The position numbers and the translations under genes were made by a program. Positions 56,244 through 64,000 of a stretch of 64,000 bases of DNA are shown piece by piece. The stretch comes from the human T2T-CHM13v2.0 reference genome, Homo sapiens. The stretch lies in NCBI RefSeq assembly GCF_009914755.1, contig NC_060930.1. One strand, given 5' to 3'. Position 1 is the first letter of the stretch. Each line of letters starts with the position of its first letter. The notes under the pieces were generated by a model that was not told the DNA's origin, did not search any database, and saw nothing but the letters and a program-made list of their open reading frames with translations.

Positions 56244-58939
56244 ATGGTGGTAGAAACAGACCCATAGTATTTGCATTTGGAAATCACTTTTTCTGATTAA
56301 ATATGCTTGGCTGTTAGTCATTTTATAGTCTTGCTTTTAAAGCTATTATTCTAATGAGGTTAAAGCAGAAATCAGAATGAAAATTTTTCAATGACACCAT
56401 TGGAGGACATACGTCCCTGTGCTAGTGTTATCACTTGAGTTTTCGAGACTTATAATAGATTCTTGTTACAACCTCTACTTTCCTTAAATGTCATCTATTT
56501 TAAAAGCTTCAGGTAAAGCCTCTCACAAGTTGTCTGGACATGTCTATATAGATGGTGTTTCTTTGCTGGGTTTATTGTGTTTTCCATGTGACTTTGAGGA
56601 GCAGTCTATGAAAAACAGGAGTATTTTGCTCTACAGAAGTTAGTTTTTCCTTCAAAATTGTAAATAGTAAAAATAATACAATACACATAAATACAAATGC
56701 AGGATCCATCTCATAAATCCAAAATATCCTCCTCTGGGTCATTGGAAGTTTTTCTTTTTAAAGTCACAAACTGGAGTTTTCAGGTCTTCATGCACAATTC
56801 ATATGGTAAGGAAAAAAAAAAGATGTATATGCTATACCTTACTAGCCAGATGAGAAAGGCCCACCATCTTCCCTATAGTTGATAGGGTATGGGTTACATT
56901 AGGTTATAAAAATATATAGGTTGTATTTCACAGAGCTTACAATAATACTCGGGTTGTCTAAACCTGTATGTTATAATAGGCCATTGTGGTTTTGGGGAAA
57001 CCTCTAACCCTCTTTCCTCACTTTAAAAGAGAGACAAAAATTCACTAACTATAGTAACTATCTCCTAAGTTATTCTGAAGATTAAATAATAAAATATAAT
57101 CATGATAAGGGCACAGTTTTGTTTAGCTAGCTTTTGAAACCCTAGCGCCCTTTCAACAGTGCTTTAGGCTTCATAGGTATTCAGTTAATTCTTAATATCA
57201 AATAATGTGTCCAGTTCAGTACCTGATACACAATGAATTCTCAGTAAATGTTGACAATTGTGATTATTCAACAATAAAATAGATTTCTCTAGGTGTCAGC
57301 AAGGATCCTTTAACTGGCAATAGTCAAGCAGAGGTTTTGAAACACCTATTAGGAACTGGAAGGGATTAATAAATTAGGAAATTTATTGATGTACTTGACT
57401 TTAAGTCATGATGTGTTATAATTGCTGTTTCAGAATTGTTGGGTTAATATCTTACCTGTTTTTGAGGATTACAGTGAATAGCTGTAATTTGAATATCTCC
57501 CCATGAGCTTCTCTGGTCAATTGAGGTAAGGAAATCAGTAATAAAGACTCAGAGATCTTAACATACTAAAATTTTGGTTTTAGTGTGTTGACTTGTTCAA
57601 GAGTTCACTTGTTCAAGAGTTTAGTATGTTCAAGAGTTCACTTGGCTCTGTCTCCTGTAGAATCAACAGCTCAAAATATTTGAAAGGAAAAAAGAAGTCT
57701 GTAAGTTTTCCTTCAAGATATATTAAATATTGTATATTTTCTAAGCAACAATGAAGTTGTACTATTCTATACCAAAATAATTAGTTGATTCAATAAGTTC
57801 TTAGAAGAGGATTAAATCTTTTAACGAGGTTACTTCTCTAAATAAGCAATAAATTACATCAGATAATTACTCATAGAATAATTTTTAACTAGCATCCATA
57901 ATAGAAATACCTGCATTCTAACTCCAGATTCCCCATTCATTACTAAGAGAACTTGAGTAAGTTACTTAACCTTTCTCTAAAGTGATACCAATATTAACAT
58001 CTCTCATATTAGGGCTATTGCGACCTTTATGAAGAAAATGGAATTTAACTGTTTAACAGAATTCCCCTGCATGCCATTAGACCAATATATATTAGCTACA
58101 CATTTTAGCCTTGTATTACTAAATGGACTCAGCCTGAGCTTTCTTTTCTTCTTTAAGCCTTAAGTATTTGGCTTCAAGTTTGTATCTCATTTTCCTAACA
58201 GAGGACCAGGAAAGAAAGCAGCAAAGTAAAGTAAGTGAGTCCTTTATGTCTGACCTTTAGTCCATTGTTTCAATATATGATTTCCTAATCTCAACCCAGG
58301 GGAATAACTAGAACTGACATGTATTCCCAGAGTGACTTCCTCTGACAACTCACAGCAGGCTAGAATAGAATAGAATAGGCTGAGTTAAAAATTTTAGATT
58401 ATCTTCATTCTCTTTCTGCTAGATGTGTTCTGAAAATAGTTTGTACAAGTTAAGTTTCACTTCTTTCCTCTAGGATATTATTAAAGGTGTCTTTCTTTTA
58501 ATTTGGCTCTCTTTGATTTTTTATATAGCTTAATATATGTATTTTTTATACTCAATGTTCTTAAATTCCTGGCATTCAGTTTCAGAGCTTTTAATCACAC
58601 TAAAATCTGATATTCACGTTTGCAACTTTTTGAAGCTGGATAACTTATGAGTACTGTTTTGGAAAAAAATGAATTGCATTCCTTTCTCAGTTATCATTAT
58701 TTAAATGGCATCTCTGCCTTCACTGAATTTTTTTTCTTTTGCTGTTGCTCTCATTAAATGCATTTTTGCAATTTGAGTTTGACCATTTCTTGTCTCTGCC
58801 TTGAAAAATGCATTTTAAAATTGTAGACAAGAAAAATGCCTGTGAAAGATCACAATCTCATAGTCATATAAGCACTTGCTCATCATAGGTCTGCAGAGAT
58901 TATTTTTATAACAGGCCTACAGAACTCTTTATTCTGTGT

Positions 58940-59785
58940 ATTAATTTGATAAATTTTACTTTTTAGATGAATTTTACTATTCTTGGATTTACAGAAAAAC
59001 TGCTAAGATAGGTCAAGAAAGTTCCCCTATACTCAGCACTCAATTTCCCTTAGTAAGCTTTATTAACATATTTTATTAGTAGAGTACATTTGTTACAATT
59101 AATGAATCAATATTGATACTGCATTATAACAAAAGTCTATGTTTTCCGCAGATCATAGTTTTTACTTACTGTCCATTTTCTGTTTCAGAATACCACATTC
59201 TCTTTAGTTGTCATGTCTCCTTAGACTCCTTTTGGGTATGACAGTTTCTCAGACTTTCCTTGCTTTGATGACCTCAATAGTTTTGAGGAGTACTGGTCTG
59301 GTAGTTTGTAGAATGTCTCTCATCTAGCACTTGTCTAATGTTTTTTCTCATTAGTAGACTGGTGTTATGGATTTGGGGGATTAAGACCACAGAGGTAAAG
59401 TGCCATTTTCATCATATTATATAGGTTGAGTATCCCTTAGCTGAAATGCTTTGGGATTTTGAATGTCTTTTTGATTTGGGAATATTTTTTCTAAACACAA
59501 TGAAATATCTTGGGGATGGGACCCAAGTCTAAACATGGAAATTAATTTATGTTTCATATACAACTTATACACATAGCATGAAGGTAATTTCATACAATAT
59601 TTTTAATAATTTTGTGCATGAAACAAAGTTTGTGTACATTGAACTATCAGAAAGCAAAGGTGTCACTATCTCATGTCTTCTGCGCTCAATAAGTTTTAGG
59701 TTTTGGGACATTTTGGATTTTGGATTAGGAATGCTCAGCTTCTATCAACATGACTTATCCCTGCTGATATTGATGTTGAGCATCT
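58940..59785 (-). mobile_element. L1MC-type 3' fragment interrupted by MER2
   Basis: gtacatttgttacaattaatgaatcaatattgatac...gacagtttctcagactttccttg...aagaccacagaggtaaagtgccattttcatca, resuming at tcaacatgacttatc. Confidence 0.85.
59422..59742. mobile_element. MER2 (Tigger-type) MITE
   Basis: TA-flanked termini taggttgagtatccctta...taggaatgctcagcttc; core tgtgcatgaaacaaagtttgtgtacattgaac. Confidence 0.88.
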
Positions 59786-60562
59786 AATTTTTATGTATTT
59801 TTTAAAATTTCTCATTTAGTAGCCATTCTTATTTGGATACCAAATGTCTATGCTTGTATATTCATGTTTGGGACTATCTGCCCTAGACCAACTTGTGTAC
59901 TGTTCATTATGTACATCACCCACTGGCTGGCACTGCTAAGGTGAAGCTGGGTTAGGAACATCCCTGTGATTTAATTCAAAGATGTTAATCTACCCACAAC
60001 AAGGCCTCTAATCTGGGCTGGTGGTATAAGAATGGGAATCGATTTTAATGCCTTGGAAGAGAGTCCTGTGAGAAATAGACAGTGGTCAGAACCCAGACAT
60101 ATGGACTTTTTGTCCTGGAAGTAATCCATTTTCAGATAGGAAATACAGAGTACCAGACTATAAACCACTGGCGAATCTCAAATATACAAATTGGGAGAAA
60201 AGGGTATATTGAAGAAAATAAATCAACACTCTCACGTGCACATGTGTTCTCAGGACTAACACTGACTAGTGCAATCCAGACCTAAACAGCAAGATTCCTT
60301 TCAGATCCCACTACCTAAAATGCCATGCCCCCGCTGGAAAAGATAAAGTTTTACTTCATCTTGACTTTATCTTGATTTTGAGCTTGCAGAGAGATGACCT
60401 TATGACCCCAGCCAGCTAAGCCTTTGGAGAAGGAATGGGTGGGTATCAGTGTAGGGTCAATTGATTGAACTTTCTGCTCATTCATTTATATGAGAGAAAA
60501 TTAAAGGACAGTGTGCCTGTTGTTTAGATTGTAGAGTCAGTAAGTAGCATGCCCAGAATTAG

Positions 60563-60877
<315 letters not shown>

Positions 60878-60949
60878 CAGAACTCAGAACCTTTAATTTT
60901 TTTTTGTTCTTTATTCCTTCATCTTTTAAGAGTTTGAAAAACTCTTCTT

Positions 60950-61231
60950 TTCCCAGCACTTTGGGAGGCCGAGGCAGGAGGATTGCTTGAGTCCAGGAGT
61001 TCAAGACCAGCCTGGGCAACACAGGGATACTTTGTCTCCACAAAAAAATGTAAGAAAAAAATTAACTGGAGTATGGTGGTGTGCACCTGTGGCCCCAGCT
61101 ACTAGGGAAGCTGAGGAGATTTGCTTGAACCTGGGAGGTCAAGACTGAAGTGAGCCATGATCACCTAGGTGACAGAGCAAAATCCCAACTCACCAAAAAA
61201 CAAACCAAAAAAACCAACCAACCAACAAACA
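60950..61231 (+). mobile_element. 5'-truncated AluJ
   Basis: Begins at tcccagcactttgggagg; ggattgcttgagtccagg; TSD aaaaactcttctt at 60937-60949 and 61232-61244. Confidence 0.92.
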
Positions 61232-64000
61232 AAAAACTCTTCTTAAAAGATTATCTGTATTTTTCTATCATTTCTTAACTTTAAGTTTATTTTATGCAGA
61301 TATTAACTTCTTTTAATATTATAGACCAAACCATATAAGAGATTTGCTAGATTTTGTTGCTGCTAGTGTTAGGTACCATATTTTCCAATTAAAGATAGTT
61401 TATTTTCACTGACAATATGAAGTAAAACTAAGATTTGGTTTATTTCTATTGTTTATGCAAGAGGAAAAGTTATCTTAACTGATTTTTACATAATGAGGTT
61501 ATACTTAGATGATTATCTCTTTTAAAAGCAGAGGAACTTTTTTTTTCATCTTTACAAGTTAGAGCTCTTGGAGGAATAAATGTGAAATATATATTGTGTG
61601 GAGTGATCGTTGATGAAATTCCTTCCTGATTATTCTATTTAAGAAAGAACTAAACCTTTTCTTCTCTTTGTCATATAGGTTTTGCAACCTTGATCATTTT
61701 TCTTTTTTCTTTTTTTTTCTAAATCCAAAGGGATTGTAACAACCAAATGTCACGAACTTAAACTTTACTAAAATTGGTTTTCTTCATAGGACTTTCATTA
61801 GCTTCTCATGGTTTACTCTTTCCAACCCACAGCCTGGTTTTACTTTTAACACACTGCACTTTAGGTTTAAAATGTTCTAATAAAATAGTGCTTCTCTAAT
61901 ATGTGACTTTAAGCAAAGTCGACTCTTGAATAAGAACTCACTTACAGCAAATATTTTTAAAAGCGGACCTTTCTGGTTAGCTCTAGGTATAATGGCAGGA
62001 GATATAATCTTAGTATAACTAGAAATAACCTCAATGTGATAACACACTTAAAACCCATAGGATTATGAAACGTATAATTATAAGAGAAATTCTGCTGAGG
62101 AGAATTTGTGCCAAAGAAGAGATGACACTATTTTCACTGCCCATCAACTGAGGATAATTGGCAATAACACACCTCAGGTACATAAATAGATTTGCAGTGC
62201 CCATGGATAACATGCATTTCAGCAAGAGACTGCTGTGAATACGAAATGAACTTGGAAAGAGGCTAGGAAACTTGAAATGTTCACACATAACTTGCCACCT
62301 TTAAAAAAAAAACAAAAAAAACCACAACAAAAATCCACAAATTCTCCAAAGAGTAATGGTGAGAAATGAAATGTCTGAGGCACTGAATAAGGAAGTCTTT
62401 GTGATAACTTCAGTTCACTAAATAAAATATGTCCTATGCCACCATCCTAGGATATGAACATATTCAAGATTAGGAAGAAAACTCAAAATAACTTTCAATC
62501 TTCAAGTGAGAAAAGAACATTTCAAAAAGAAGATCAAGGTCCTTAACTCCTTATTGTATTGAATATAAGTTCACTCTGCCATGATTACTGTTGTATTTTG
62601 AATATACCTACAGCACTTGATCTATAATTGTCACTTAATATATTTTGTTGAATGACTTCAGAAGGAAAATATTGATAGAGAACTGAATTATGGCATAATG
62701 TTAGAAATTCATAGGTTGATCCAAAATATTATTATAGCTCAAGCTGTCAATTTCTCCTTTCTTTCGAATAACTAGCAAGTAGGGTACTTTTGTCTCCTTG
62801 TCGTTTGTCAATGTACTAAGGACTAAGTGCCTGAGTCTATTACTAGGTAAGAAAGAGAGGTGAATAAATATGGGATCAGAATGATTAACAATGAAAATCA
62901 ATTAGTAATCATTTTTCAATAAGATTTATTAATTATAAGCAGGATGAAAGCAATATAGTTAATAAGAGCATACAAAAGATTATTCTTGGAACACACAGCA
63001 GTGGAATTTTAGGGATGTAAAATAAGAGATCATTAAAAAGGAAAAGCAATTGAGAAAGGGTAGTTATTTTATTAATAAAAAAGTTGTGAAAGGTTATGTC
63101 AAACATTTCCACAGCTTACCTAAGAAGTTCTTGTTTTACTGAAAGTAAAGGAAATGGATTGGACATAACATGAAAATTATTGGCCTATTTTGTTAACCTT
63201 TTCATCCACATCTCATGTACACAGAATATAGCTTAAAAATTATTTTGTGGTGCACTGTAAGCTTTTACAACACAGGGTCTGCAAACAGATTTATTTCATT
63301 AATAAGAAGGAAAGACAAGAAGCTTGATTAGTAGATTGTTTTTTCCTCTAGCAAATTGTTTCTCTTTGAAATACATTGTCTAGAGTTATTTTTAGTAGAA
63401 TTCTAAACGACAGGTGGATGAAACTTTTTCTTTTTTGAATTTGTCTTGATTGCAAGAAATTATCTAATTTCATCCCTCAGTTCCCCCCAAGTCAGTTACA
63501 GCTGTACATGCAGTGCTATCTGAATTGGAAATATACTTCAAAACTCATTCATTTGCATGTCTATTAGGAGAACAGGCAAAATTCTAATGACAACAATTAC
63601 TTGCCCTTTCCTGATGCTCTTTAAATAAAGTACTTTGCAAACTGTACATAAATTTGCCTTAAAATGTTATATTACCCATACATAGTACATTCTCACAAAG
63701 ACTTCTTAGGTTGGATAAATGGAGTGCTACCTCCATCACTGCAGATTTGAATACAAGTTATTGTTGTATTTTTTTTCTGGAGTGGAATGAGATGCAGTAA
63801 TTTACAACATGAAACAAGACATACATACTGGGGTTAAGTCAATAAAACATTCCACTCATGTTTTCTTTGAATAGAGACACTAGCCAAAGATCAAATATCC
63901 TAGATAAACTGAGTATTAATATTTTCTCATAAAATTAGTAACAGAAATACCTGCTTTGTCAGGTATTTGTTGAATTTGTTCAATTTGTCAGGTATTCTAT

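Noticed and set aside
59920-59935. CTCF-like ccactggctggcac
   Set aside because: Two mismatches at core positions; expected by chance.

Overview
Primate (almost certainly human) genomic DNA inside the GRM1 gene (metabotropic glutamate receptor 1, + strand). The only genuine coding sequence is one 250-nt internal GRM1 exon (40413-40662) encoding part of the Venus-flytrap ligand-binding domain; everything else is intron. The window also holds a processed FUNDC2 pseudogene (52353-53175) inserted into an MLT1 LTR. The rest is mostly transposon remnants: a 5'-inverted L1PA, a near full-length L1MA with an intact target-site duplication (TSD), an MST/MaLR LTR-int-LTR provirus, THE1, MLT1, LTR16, about 11 Alu/FRAM copies, L2, MIR and DNA transposons. 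Nearly all listed ORFs are repeat-derived or chance. I found no evidence of a new multi-gene biological system. The most notable unexplained signals are local: a 93-nt inverted copy apparently templated from 1.2 kb away in the same L1, two tiny inverted L1 5' segments, small templated-insertion scars, a chimeric ORF running into the FUNDC2 retrocopy, a (CT)n(CA)n repeat 9 nt from the GRM1 donor, and two close inverted Alu pairs. Repeat subfamily names come from recalled consensus sequences and need RepeatMasker/Dfam confirmation; edges of old repeats are approximate.
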